Assembly (NCBI GenBank): GCA_036170245.1
Contig: JAVHOV010000025.1
Coordinates: 1-36,362 of the forward strand
Length of the DNA stretch: 36,362 nt
Direction: 5' to 3'
Source of the DNA: an archaeon
GTDB lineage: Archaea; Iainarchaeota; Iainarchaeia; Iainarchaeales; JAAZKV01
The first letter of the stretch is position 1; each line of letters starts with the position of its first letter. Shown piece after piece: positions 1 through 8,784 of this stretch. The notes beneath the pieces are model-generated. The model saw nothing but the letters and a program-made list of their open reading frames with translations. It did no database searches and was not told where the DNA came from. The position numbers and the translations under genes are program-made.

Positions 1-1023
1 AAAGACTACTTTCAAATCCCTTTCGCACAATACTCATATTCTATTGCAGTAATGGATTATGATTTTGCTATTGCAGCATGGTGGAATAATAACAAATACA
101 TTTATGTGGATAGCCTGTTTTGGTTCTGGGACTGGAGCAAAATTAATTTGGATTCAATTAAACTATTAGATAATTTAAAAGAAAAAGGAGATTTGACTGA
201 ATTTTTGAAGATTTGGAATAATATTGACCCTCATTCAAAACAATATTTCGCCCACTTTTATTCAACTAGATCAGTAATTCAAAAATATGCAAACAACACA
301 GAACACACAAAATTATTCCCAAATAAGAGATTTGTTGAAGTTGGACCAATAATAAATAATTCTCTAAAAAAAATAGCTACTCGAACAAAAATAGTAGTGA
401 GTTATTGTGGTTTACTATCCCCCCTAGTTAACAAACAAAAGGCACTAGAATACATTGAACTAACTAAAAAGTTACTAGAAATATTTTTACCTAAAAATAA
501 AAAAAATATTCTTTTTCTTGTTAATCCTGAATTAAGGCAAGAATGTAAAAAAATATTACCATTTGGGAAAGTTTATAGTTTAGGCCATAAATCAACCTTG
601 AAGTTGCTTAATAAAACAAAAGCCCTTATATTGCCACCAAGCATTACTAGTATTTTAGAAGCATCTGAATATGGAGTGCCAATTATATTATTGCCTGAAG
701 AACATGATGGACATTACCCTAATTACTTAGAACTAAAAAGAAAAGCGAATGGAAAAAATCATTTTGATGGATTTATCATCCAAGAACTTTTATCAAAACA
801 AATATTTAAAGGGAATGAAAAAGAACAAACCACCAAGATACATGCGTATCTTAACAACATTGAACTAAACAAACACCCTGAATGGAAACAAAAAGCAAAT
901 TATCTACGTAGACTTCTTAAAAACGAAAATGAACTGCATAAATTAGCAGAATTACAAAGACAAAGCCTTAATTTATTGTCTCAAGATAATATTATTAACC
1001 ATTTACATGAGTTACGATTATGA
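1..1023 (+). CDS. GT-B-like glycosyltransferase (5'-partial), resembling cytosylglucuronate-synthase-related proteins
   Basis: Frame is open from base 1 (KDYFQIPFAQYSYSIAV-MDY...). Motifs 'YVDSLFWFW' and 'PPSITSILEASEYGVPIILLP' match the GT-B C-terminal donor-binding pattern (T..EA...GxP...P). Family assignment is from memory only. Confidence 0.45.
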   Translation, partial: KDYFQIPFAQYSYSIAVMDYDFAIAAWWNNNKYIYVDSLFWFWDWSKINLDSIKLLDNLKEKGDLTEFLKIWNNIDPHSKQYFAHFYSTRSVIQKYANNTEHTKLFPNKRFVEVGPIINNSLKKIATRTKIVVSYCGLLSPLVNKQKALEYIELTKKLLEIFLPKNKKNILFLVNPELRQECKKILPFGKVYSLGHKSTLKLLNKTKALILPPSITSILEASEYGVPIILLPEEHDGHYPNYLELKRKANGKNHFDGFIIQELLSKQIFKGNEKEQTTKIHAYLNNIELNKHPEWKQKANYLRRLLKNENELHKLAELQRQSLNLLSQDNIINHLHELRL

Positions 1024-1460
1024 CTAAAACAATACTTGGAATTGAGGGAGAATTACTGCTAGTAAACGAAAGTGAGGTGGCAAAAGTGGCGGTAATTGGT
1101 TGTGGAAGTCATTCTTTCAGAAACATTTTTCCCACATTCCAGTTTTTGCCAATAGATCTTGTTGCACTTTGCGATTTAAATATAAAAAAAGCCAAACACT
1201 ACGCTAAAAAATTTGGCGCATCTAGATTTTATTCTGACTACAAGAAAATGCTTGAAAAAGAAAAACTTGATGGAGTATTTCTAATTCTTGGTTTTGATGA
1301 TAATACAGGTAAACCATTGTACCCTGAAGTCGCTTGTGAGATATTAAGTAGAGGAATTCCAGTATGGATGGAAAAACCCCCATCTGCGACTGTTGAAGAA
1401 TTGCAAAAGATGATTGCAAAAAATTATGGTTTATTGCAAAAGACTCAGATGAGGCCATAA
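1020..1460 (+). pseudogene. Truncated Gfo/Idh/MocA oxidoreductase (NAD-binding domain only)
   Basis: Has Rossmann 'KVAVIGCG', 'VALCD' and 'WMEKP'. The ORF stops about 28 aa after EKP and lacks the roughly 180-aa C-terminal domain. ATGA overlap with the upstream gene. Confidence 0.75.
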
Positions 1461-1513
1461 ATTACCTACAACTTATATTCAAAAAAAAGAATAAACCTAC
1501 TACAAAAAATTAA
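1400..1513 (+). pseudogene. Possible 3' remnant of a LOG/Rossmann-fold nucleotide-binding gene
   Basis: An alternative frame reads IAKDDCKKLWFIAKDSDEAINYLQLIFKKKNKPTTKN* (TAA 1511-1513). This resembles the 'L..xxDxxEEAxxYL' end of LOG-family proteins. No start codon. Confidence 0.3.
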
Positions 1514-1576
1514 TAAACAACCATTAATTTGAGCCAACAAAAAGGATATTTAAAGAGAAAAAACCATAAGATTGGT

Positions 1577-2626
1577 ATGAAACAAAGAATTCTGGCAGAT
1601 TTACATACACATTTAAACGAGAAAAAAATAAAGCCAACTGACTGGTGGAATGCAGCAAAAGAAAAGAAACTCTCAGTTATTGCAATCACTGAACACTCAA
1701 ATTACAAACCAAAAGAGGCTTACTTGAAACTAAAAGAAACTAAACCGGAAGGGATAATACTTATAGCAGGAATGGAAGCAAGAACAAGCGCAGGAGATTT
1801 ACTAATTTTCTGTGAAAATGAAAGACTTTATGACATTTTGGAACTTCAAAAAAAAGAAGTGAATATCAAAAAAGCACTTACTATTGCAAAAGAAAACAAT
1901 CTAGTTGTAAGTTTCCCTCACCCTTATGGATACAAATCTGATTCCGCCTGCGAAGTTATTGGCGAAGAAAAAACCAAGCAATTAATGAAAGAATTTGGAA
2001 CAGGAATTGAATATTACAATGGAATGCTTGCAAGCGCAAATGAATTACTATTTGGGAGAAAATTTACTAAAGGAATTTTTGGAGCATTTAATTTTGTACA
2101 AAAGAATAAGGCAACAAAAGCTCTTTTCATTGATAAAACAACTAATTACCCAAGAAAAAAACTTGAGAACCTTGCACAAAGCACTCTTGAAAAAGTACGA
2201 AGAGGAATGCTTCTTGGAGAAGAAGCAAGTTTTGTTACAGTTGGAAGCGATGCCCACTACCCCACTGCAATAGGAACCGCCATAATTGAACTAAAAAATA
2301 AACCAAAAGACGAAAAAGATTTTTTAAGAATGATAAAACACAAAGAAACTCTCTGGAAAGGCCCAAATATTTACTCAAGTACCCCAGTTGATATAATAGG
2401 AAAAAAAGAAATGTTTGAAGGTCTGACTTACCTTGCAAAAAAAAGTGTATTCAAAAAAAGAAATTTAGGAAAAAAAATCAACAAAAAATGGATAAGCAAA
2501 AGAATAAAAACAATAAAAAGAATAACTAGGAAGCAAAACATTGCAAAAATTGGACAAAAAATAAAGAGAGTAAAGTTAAGAAAAAGAATTTTAAATTTGA
2601 AAAACAAATTGGTTTTGAGAAAATGA
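1577..2626 (+). CDS. PHP-domain metal-dependent phosphoesterase with a very basic C-terminal tail
   Basis: PHP motifs DLHTH, AITEH, GME, PHPY and GSDAH. ATG at 1577 preferred over TTG at 1529. Confidence 0.85.
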   Translation: MKQRILADLHTHLNEKKIKPTDWWNAAKEKKLSVIAITEHSNYKPKEAYLKLKETKPEGIILIAGMEARTSAGDLLIFCENERLYDILELQKKEVNIKKALTIAKENNLVVSFPHPYGYKSDSACEVIGEEKTKQLMKEFGTGIEYYNGMLASANELLFGRKFTKGIFGAFNFVQKNKATKALFIDKTTNYPRKKLENLAQSTLEKVRRGMLLGEEASFVTVGSDAHYPTAIGTAIIELKNKPKDEKDFLRMIKHKETLWKGPNIYSSTPVDIIGKKEMFEGLTYLAKKSVFKKRNLGKKINKKWISKRIKTIKRITRKQNIAKIGQKIKRVKLRKRILNLKNKLVLRK

Positions 2627-3030
2627 AATACGCAATAACCGAACACACAAATATTGATAGTATCCCAAGGGACACTACTGAAATACACTTAGTTCGACCA
2701 ATAAAGTGGGATAACTTAAACACTTTAATAACCAAATGCCCAATCAAAACAATCACAATTTCTACTTCCTGCTTAAAGAGATTGCCAACTAAAACTCAAA
2801 AAAGATTAAAGGATAGAGGCATACAAATGTCAGTTGAGAAAAGAAGAGGAAGAGCAATTGATTTACCAATGGATAAAATGCTTCAAATAATTGAACTTAG
2901 AAAAGATTACCAAACAGTAAGAGAAATAGAAAAAATTACAGGAGTTCCAAAGTCAACCGTACACTACTTACTAAAATACGCTGACAGAGGAAAAATAAAG
3001 AAAGGACAAAACGTTGTTTACCTGAAATAA
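2623..3030 (+). CDS. DUF1699-like protein with C-terminal HTH
   Basis: N-terminal 'EIHLVRP...LITKCP.IKTITIS.S' is DUF1699-like. HTH is 'TVREIEKITGVPKSTVHYLL'. ATGA overlap with the PHP gene. Confidence 0.65.
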   Translation: MKYAITEHTNIDSIPRDTTEIHLVRPIKWDNLNTLITKCPIKTITISTSCLKRLPTKTQKRLKDRGIQMSVEKRRGRAIDLPMDKMLQIIELRKDYQTVREIEKITGVPKSTVHYLLKYADRGKIKKGQNVVYLK

Positions 3031-3066
3031 TCAACTAATTTTAGAAAAATTGTAACTAACTTAATT

Positions 3067-4077
3067 TTAGAATCTTTTCTTTAAAATATCTGTTGCAACT
3101 CTCAAAACTTCCTCAGGAGTGCCTTTTCCTTTCCACTGTGCAGCTCCAGAGTGCCCCCCAATCTCTCCGCCCAATTTTTCTTTCAGAGGAATAAGTAAAT
3201 CATTTACTAAATTAAAATTATTTTTCTCCTTAAACAAAGAATCGGCTCTTGTACTTAAAGTGCATAATTTGCTTTTCTCAATTCCAGAAACTAGCGCAAT
3301 GTGCGCCCCAAAATTCAATAATTTTGTTGCAACAAAAGATTGGTAAAAGGAAACTGTGCTTGTGATTAGAACAACATCTTTTATTTGAGTTATTTGCGAA
3401 CGCTGAGCAGCTTTCAATAATGCAATTCTTTCAGAATTATCAAATTCATTTTTTGTAAATGACAAAACTTCAGGATAAGTTTTGTTTGATTTTTTTAGAG
3501 AGGTTGCAAAATCACTAAATGCTTTTGGAGAAGAAACAATAAAATGGCCAGTATCTTCTACCATTCCAACACAATTCAAAAAATACATTACTGAATCAAA
3601 ATCTTTTGATTTTTGAGAATTATTAGAAGTGTCCAAGAAATTGTAAATTAATTGAGTAGTTGAAAACATTGTTTCGTCAATAACACAGTTTCCTGTATAA
3701 ACAATGCATGTTTTGTTTGAAACGTGATGATCAAAAACAATGACTTCAATTAGTTTCTTGCTCACTAGATTCATAAAAGATTCTTTTAATGCACCCAACT
3801 GCTCAAAAGAGTTCAAATCAAAAATCAAAACAATATCAAACTCACCCAAATCAGGATTTGAAATATAATTTATTTTAAAATATTCAGCCAAATGCTTTGC
3901 TTGCTCATTAATGTGAGTTGGAACTGCAATTGTTGAACTTAGTTTTTGCTTATTTAAAAATCTTTGAAACATTGCTGCCGAGCAAAAAGAATCCAAATCC
4001 GCGTGTTCGTGAGTCAGGAGAAGAACTCGCTTGTTTTTGCACAGTGCAACAACTTTACTCTTTGATAATCCTTTCAT
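3067..4077 (-). CDS. DHH/DHHA1 family phosphoesterase
   Basis: Motifs 'THEHADLDS', 'FDHH', 'EDTG' and 'GGHSGAA'. Lies downstream of prefoldin beta, as is common in archaea. Confidence 0.9.
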   Translation of the reverse strand: MKGLSKSKVVALCKNKRVLLLTHEHADLDSFCSAAMFQRFLNKQKLSSTIAVPTHINEQAKHLAEYFKINYISNPDLGEFDIVLIFDLNSFEQLGALKESFMNLVSKKLIEVIVFDHHVSNKTCIVYTGNCVIDETMFSTTQLIYNFLDTSNNSQKSKDFDSVMYFLNCVGMVEDTGHFIVSSPKAFSDFATSLKKSNKTYPEVLSFTKNEFDNSERIALLKAAQRSQITQIKDVVLITSTVSFYQSFVATKLLNFGAHIALVSGIEKSKLCTLSTRADSLFKEKNNFNLVNDLLIPLKEKLGGEIGGHSGAAQWKGKGTPEEVLRVATDILKKRF

Positions 4078-4148
4078 TTGTAGTAAATTTGAATTAAGTT
4101 ATTATTAAGGGTTTTGAATGGGCCTCATTTAAAAATCAGAAATAGTTC

Positions 4149-4183
4149 AAAGTAACCTGCACAATTAGGGTGCAGATTACTTT
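4149..4183 (-). terminator. Stem-loop downstream of pfdB
   Basis: Minus strand AAAGTAATCTGCAC-N7-GTGCAGGTTACTTT forms a 14-bp stem with one G-U pair, 11 nt after the pfdB stop. Confidence 0.55.
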
Positions 4184-4194
4184 TCAAAAAGGAT

Positions 4195-4554
4195 TTAGTT
4201 CTTAGCTTTTTTCTTTTCTTCAGCTTCCTTTGCTTCGCCTTCAATCTTGGCTTTGATTGAGTTTAATTTCTTGATTAAAGTTTCTTCTTGTTTTTCAAGA
4301 GTTTTAAGTCTCAAATCAGTGCTTTCTTTCTTTTCTTTTAATTCTTTTTCCATTTCTTTTGCATCTTTCAAGAACAAAACGTTTCCAACAACTTTGTAAA
4401 CAGTTTTTTCTTTAGTCTTGCCCATTTCTTCTAAAGATGCATCAACCATTTCTAACTGAAATGCTACTTGCTGCTTTTGAGCATTTATATTTCCAAGCAT
4501 TTGTCTGTTTTTTTCAAACTCCATTATAGCAGCTCTCTGTTCTTCTTCATTCAT
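4195..4554 (-). CDS. pfdB: Prefoldin subunit beta
   Basis: Coiled coil-'VYKVVGNVLF'-coiled coil architecture. AGGTG SD-like site before ATG 4554. Fits superoperon context. Confidence 0.93.
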   Translation of the reverse strand: MNEEEQRAAIMEFEKNRQMLGNINAQKQQVAFQLEMVDASLEEMGKTKEKTVYKVVGNVLFLKDAKEMEKELKEKKESTDLRLKTLEKQEETLIKKLNSIKAKIEGEAKEAEEKKKAKN

Positions 4555-4633
4555 TATTAACACCTTCCCACAAAAATAATGTTTATTAAAAAAATTCTTA
4601 TACCAAACTAATTAATTACTTCCCTTTGCGTAC

Positions 4634-4873
4634 TTATTTACCCAATTCTTCAATTTTATCAAATAAAATAAGGGGTTTAAGCAAAGAATTAAGAGAAGCT
4701 CTAAGGGCTGTTTTGTCCTGTGCACTCACAAGAACATCAAGTTCTGCATTGTTTTGAGTGATTCTCATTTTGCTTCGCAGATATTCATCTTCAAGTTCAG
4801 GTTTAATTGACTTAAAGAATCTCAAAGCCTGGTTTTTAGAGTCAAACTCCAGTTTTACTTCAAGAGAAAACAT
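4634..4873 (-). CDS. pcc1: KEOPS complex subunit Pcc1
   Basis: About 80 aa with 'SIKPE...RS...V.AQDKTALRASLNSLL'. Lies between rpoP and pfdB. Confidence 0.88.
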   Translation of the reverse strand: MFSLEVKLEFDSKNQALRFFKSIKPELEDEYLRSKMRITQNNAELDVLVSAQDKTALRASLNSLLKPLILFDKIEELGK

Positions 4874-4926
4874 AAAAACAAAAAGCAAAATAATTCAAAA
4901 AAAGAATTACTTTGCAAGTATTATAA

Positions 4927-5061
4927 TTAATCAGTCTTTATTACTTTAGATATTGGTTCTCGAGTTTTGTATAATATTCTGTGACCGCATGAAGGACATC
5001 TAACTAATCCTTCAGAAACCATAGTTACTTCGGTAGAACATTTTGCACATTTATAAGCCAT
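4927..5061 (-). CDS. rpoP: DNA-directed RNA polymerase subunit Rpo12 (RpoP); absent from the ORF track
   Basis: Translated by hand as MAYKCAKCSTEVTMVSEGLVRCPSCGHRILYKTREPISKVIKTD* (44 aa). Zn ribbon CxxC...CPxCGxRILxK, directly after rpl37ae. Confidence 0.95.
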   Translation of the reverse strand: MAYKCAKCSTEVTMVSEGLVRCPSCGHRILYKTREPISKVIKTD

Positions 5062-5084
5062 TTTCAATTCCCCCTAAAATATAC

Positions 5085-5450
5085 TTATTGTTTCTCACTA
5101 TCATCTTTAGTCAAAGCTTCTTCAACTTCTCTTTCAATATCAGAGAAAGAAGATTCACTTTCTTTTAATAAAATCTTTGCATCAGCAAGGAATGATTTTT
5201 GTGAAACCATTTTAACAATAGTTTTTCCAACTAAAGTTCGTGTTTCATAAGCTCCGCCAGTGAATTTGTTATTGCATTTTCTGCAGTTAAACAATCCAGC
5301 AGCTTCTCTTCTAACAGTATCAAAACCACAAAATGGACAATTAGTTAAATTACTTTGCTTCTTTTCAGTAGCAATAACTCTCTTTCTAATACCTACACCG
5401 TATCTAGAACTAAATCTTCCAGTTTTACACACTTTTTTTGTTGATCCCAT
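5085..5450 (-). CDS. rpl37ae: 50S ribosomal protein L37Ae (eL43) with C-terminal extension
   Basis: 'GRFSSRYGVGIRK', CPFC...CRKC and 'FTGGAY'. Confidence 0.93.
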   Translation of the reverse strand: MGSTKKVCKTGRFSSRYGVGIRKRVIATEKKQSNLTNCPFCGFDTVRREAAGLFNCRKCNNKFTGGAYETRTLVGKTIVKMVSQKSFLADAKILLKESESSFSDIEREVEEALTKDDSEKQ

Positions 5451-5518
5451 TTTGCTCACCAATACAAGATTCCCTTTAAGAAAGGTTTATAAACTTTCTA
5501 AAAAGCAGTTGAAAACAA

Positions 5519-5544
5519 AGAATTCGGCTTTTTAGCCGAACTCT
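5519..5544 (-). terminator. Stem-loop downstream of rrp42
   Basis: Minus strand AGAGTTCGGCT-AAAA-AGCCGAATTCT, 11-bp stem with one G-U pair. Confidence 0.5.
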
Positions 5545-5556
5545 AAATATTCAAAT

Positions 5557-6357
5557 TTAGTTACTTTTAACCATTTTCAACAATTTCTTTCTTCTTTCGT
5601 CTGCTACTTTGAAACCCATTTCAATCATTTTGTTGATTTCTTCAACAGTGAATGAACCTGGTCCTTTTTGCATAGCTGACATGAAACCATCTTCAGTTGT
5701 TGCAACTGAAAATCTTGCTTCACTTGCCTTGTCTTCAAGGTAAGTCGGGTCAACTAATATTTGTCCGCCAACTTTCACAAAAGTTGTAAGCAAAGGAAGT
5801 CTCTTTAATTCAAGCTTTCCTGCATATTCGTGTTTAACGATTTTGTTTTTGTCATCAAGTTTTGGCATTTTTGTAGTTAAAAATGCTGCAAGACCTGCGA
5901 TTGAACCTGCATCAAATAGATTTCCGTCTGCGTTTAATGCGTAGAAGTCCATGAAAGCAATCCAGCAAGATTCCCCTTCTTTTATGCAAAGTTTAGTGAA
6001 ATCAATTGCTTTAGATTCTCTAATACCTCTATCAACTACTCTTGCTATTTCAATTTCATCAAAAGATGGTGGACCAGCTTCGTATTCAGAGTGAGCCAGA
6101 GCTAAAAGTTCTGCTCCACAAGAAATTGCTCCTTCGTCTGGATTATCAGGGTAGGGTTTATCCACACCAACTTTAACACCAGCAATTACCTGAGTTTCTC
6201 CCATAGTAATTTTTGCACTTGCTTCAGCATTTTTGCACATGTCAAGTTCAAGAGTAAAATCTCTTGGCTGATCAAATGCTCTTCCGTCAACTCTCTTTCC
6301 TGCTTTAACTTGCTCAACTATCTTTGATACATCATATTCTAAAACGGTAGTTCTCAT
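5557..6357 (-). CDS. rrp42: Exosome complex component Rrp42
   Basis: RNase PH fold with 'RVDGR', 'EIARVVDRGIRESKAID' and 'ADGNLFDA'. Confidence 0.95.
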   Translation of the reverse strand: MRTTVLEYDVSKIVEQVKAGKRVDGRAFDQPRDFTLELDMCKNAEASAKITMGETQVIAGVKVGVDKPYPDNPDEGAISCGAELLALAHSEYEAGPPSFDEIEIARVVDRGIRESKAIDFTKLCIKEGESCWIAFMDFYALNADGNLFDAGSIAGLAAFLTTKMPKLDDKNKIVKHEYAGKLELKRLPLLTTFVKVGGQILVDPTYLEDKASEARFSVATTEDGFMSAMQKGPGSFTVEEINKMIEMGFKVADERRKKLLKMVKSN

Positions 6358-7196
6358 TTTCTCACCTTCTTTGCTTTTACTTCTTTAGTTTCTTTTTTAG
6401 CAGTACCTTCAACTTTAGCTTCCTTTTTAGCACTAACAGTTGGTGCAATTGCTTTCTCAGAAACTTCGCTCAACTGATATTTTTCGCTCAGCGCTTTCTT
6501 TTGGATTTCGTAAATCTTTTTACATGCATCCATTCCAAGAACAGAAATTTTTTCCCATTCTGCTTTTGTCAATAGTCCATCCATTTGCAATAAAACTATT
6601 TCTCCAGAATTTGGCAATATTCCAAACGGAATATCAACTGCATCAGGAGCATCTTCTTCGTCTTTATTCAAGTCAACGATTAATTCTCCAAATGCTTTTC
6701 CTACTCCAGTAGCTGCTACCATGTCTCTCATTGGAATTCCAGCATCAGCCATTGCGCAAGAAGCTGCAGTTAAGCAAGCAACTCTTGAACCAGCGTTTGA
6801 ATCCACTACTTCAACTAGCACTGCTATTTCAGTGTTAGGGAATTGTTCAGTGAAAACTGCTTTGTCTAAAGCTTCTCCTAAAACTTTTGATATTTCCATA
6901 TCTCTTCTGTTTGGTCTAGGTTGTTTTCTTTCAGGAACTGAGAATGTTGTCATTCTGTAAGTTACCTTAATATTTGCCTTCAAGGGATTTTGTGTGTGCT
7001 TAGGCAAAGCTTCTCTTGGCCCGTAAACAGCAGCATAAACTTTATTTTGTCCCCATTCCAAATAAGCTGAACCATCAGCGTTAGGAAGAACACCAACTTT
7101 AATAGTCAATGGTCTTAAATCTTCCATTTTTCTTCCATCTACTCTCTTCTTGTCTTTCTTGTAGTCTGGCATATTTTCTCGTACTCTACCACTCAT
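6354..7196 (-). CDS. rrp41: Exosome complex exonuclease Rrp41
   Basis: 'RVDGR', 'ADGSAYLEWG', 'VYGPRE', 'RRDMEIS', 'AGSR' and acidic 'DLNKDEED' catalytic region. GGTGA before ATG 7196. Confidence 0.96.
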   Translation of the reverse strand: MSGRVRENMPDYKKDKKRVDGRKMEDLRPLTIKVGVLPNADGSAYLEWGQNKVYAAVYGPREALPKHTQNPLKANIKVTYRMTTFSVPERKQPRPNRRDMEISKVLGEALDKAVFTEQFPNTEIAVLVEVVDSNAGSRVACLTAASCAMADAGIPMRDMVAATGVGKAFGELIVDLNKDEEDAPDAVDIPFGILPNSGEIVLLQMDGLLTKAEWEKISVLGMDACKKIYEIQKKALSEKYQLSEVSEKAIAPTVSAKKEAKVEGTAKKETKEVKAKKVRK

Positions 7197-7221
7197 ATCA
7201 TTCACCTTCAATAAGCTCCAT

Positions 7222-7941
7222 TTAATTTAGTAATTCAGATTCTTCTTCTGAATTATTCTGCATAACTTCTGATTCTTCAACAGAAGCTTGTTTCTGATTT
7301 ATAACTGCATCCTTTTTTGGTGCACTAACTGGAATTCCTTCAGCTTTGAAAAATTCTTCAACAGTATTAGTCAAGTTGCTTTTGTAGGAATTAGCGTTAA
7401 TGAAAAGAACAACTTTCTTTAATAGTTCAAGGTTTCCATTTCTTGCCCAAACTCTTCCATTCTTTCCAATAATTATATCGCATCCAGTTCCTTGCTTCAA
7501 TAATTCAAGCATAGAACCGCTCTTTCCAATTAATCTTGGTGTTCGCACAGCAGTAACTTCAATTACTTCTCCGCCAAACATTCTTCTTGGAAAACCTAAA
7601 TCTGCTTCCCTTAGTTCGTTAACGTACTCAACTTTTGCTGAGATTAAGTCACCAACTTTTAGATCTTCCCTCATTGCACTTTTTGGAATAAAAGATTCAA
7701 CAAAAGAATTAATGTTAATATTGTAACCAGCAAAAATTGCTCTAGTTACTACTCCAATAACAACATCATCCTGCTGAGGGAAATATTTTCCTTCAAGAGG
7801 AACTACACTTGCTCTTTCTTCTGAATCTTCACTTATACCCAAAACTTTTGAGTATATTTTGCCGTTAGCAACATAAACGTTGCTCCCAAGGCGTTTTCTT
7901 TCTTGAGAGATTAATTCTCCCGGAATTACTATTCTCTTCAT
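7222..7941 (-). CDS. rrp4: Exosome RNA-binding protein Rrp4 (S1+KH)
   Basis: 'IVIPGE', 'PLEGKYFP..DDVVIG', 'PRLIGKSGSM' and 'GKNGRVW'. Confidence 0.95.
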   Translation of the reverse strand: MKRIVIPGELISQERKRLGSNVYVANGKIYSKVLGISEDSEERASVVPLEGKYFPQQDDVVIGVVTRAIFAGYNININSFVESFIPKSAMREDLKVGDLISAKVEYVNELREADLGFPRRMFGGEVIEVTAVRTPRLIGKSGSMLELLKQGTGCDIIIGKNGRVWARNGNLELLKKVVLFINANSYKSNLTNTVEEFFKAEGIPVSAPKKDAVINQKQASVEESEVMQNNSEEESELLN

Positions 7942-7988
7942 TTATTCACCTTCTAAAAATTACTAATCAAAATTCTTACTTCTTCTAA

Positions 7989-8690
7989 TTAATCCGAAGT
8001 CCCAATTATTTTTACTAAAATTTCTCCGTGCGTTGCTGAATTCAATTCGTTCAATAAATCCTGCTTTGCTCCAGCAGGCAAGGAAAACTCTGCAGCCAAA
8101 GAACCATCATTAAGCCACTCTTCTTTTTTCATTTCGTATTTGTGGATAATGCTTGATGCTTTAGGAGCAAATTGCGCAGGAATTTTAACTGCAAAATCTA
8201 TTTTCGCTAGAGAAATTGGAATAATGTGTCTTATAGCCTTAATTATTTCATTAACCTGTTCATCAGTATTCTTGAAAGGATCAATGTGGATTTTTGCCTG
8301 CTCCATGCAATTCTCAATACGAATAGGAGGATGAGGAGTTTTTGTCTGGGGATTAATTGCATTTCTTGAAATAAAATTAATAATTTCTAAACGTTTCTTT
8401 TCAAGAATTGCTCTTCTCTGTTCAGTTGTTAATTGAACTTCCCCATCTTGAATAATTTTTTTTACAACTTCACTCAAGTCATTAGTCTGAAAAACTTTTT
8501 TTATGTTCTCAGCACTCTGCTCGTCCCCAGCTTTTGGATCTTTGAACACTCTTTCAATTGCCATTAATGAATCCAAAGGAACATCTTTGCCGTGCTTAAC
8601 GTCCATGGCTAAATCAGCATCAACTAATATCTCAAATTTGTGACCGAATCTTTCCAAACGCGCAACTACTGCGTCTTCTACTCTTACCAT
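7989..8690 (-). CDS. sdo1: Ribosome assembly factor SBDS/Sdo1
   Basis: 'VVARL...G.KFEILVD', '[11 protein letters not shown]' and '[14 protein letters not shown]'. Confidence 0.96.
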   Translation of the reverse strand: MVRVEDAVVARLERFGHKFEILVDADLAMDVKHGKDVPLDSLMAIERVFKDPKAGDEQSAENIKKVFQTNDLSEVVKKIIQDGEVQLTTEQRRAILEKKRLEIINFISRNAINPQTKTPHPPIRIENCMEQAKIHIDPFKNTDEQVNEIIKAIRHIIPISLAKIDFAVKIPAQFAPKASSIIHKYEMKKEEWLNDGSLAAEFSLPAGAKQDLLNELNSATHGEILVKIIGTSD

Positions 8691-8784
8691 GCTAACTCAT
8701 TTCCTTCTAAATACTAAAATTGCTTCACCCTTTTTCTTTTTCCCTTGGGAAAGCAGTTAAGTTACTAAATGTAAATTGGCATTC

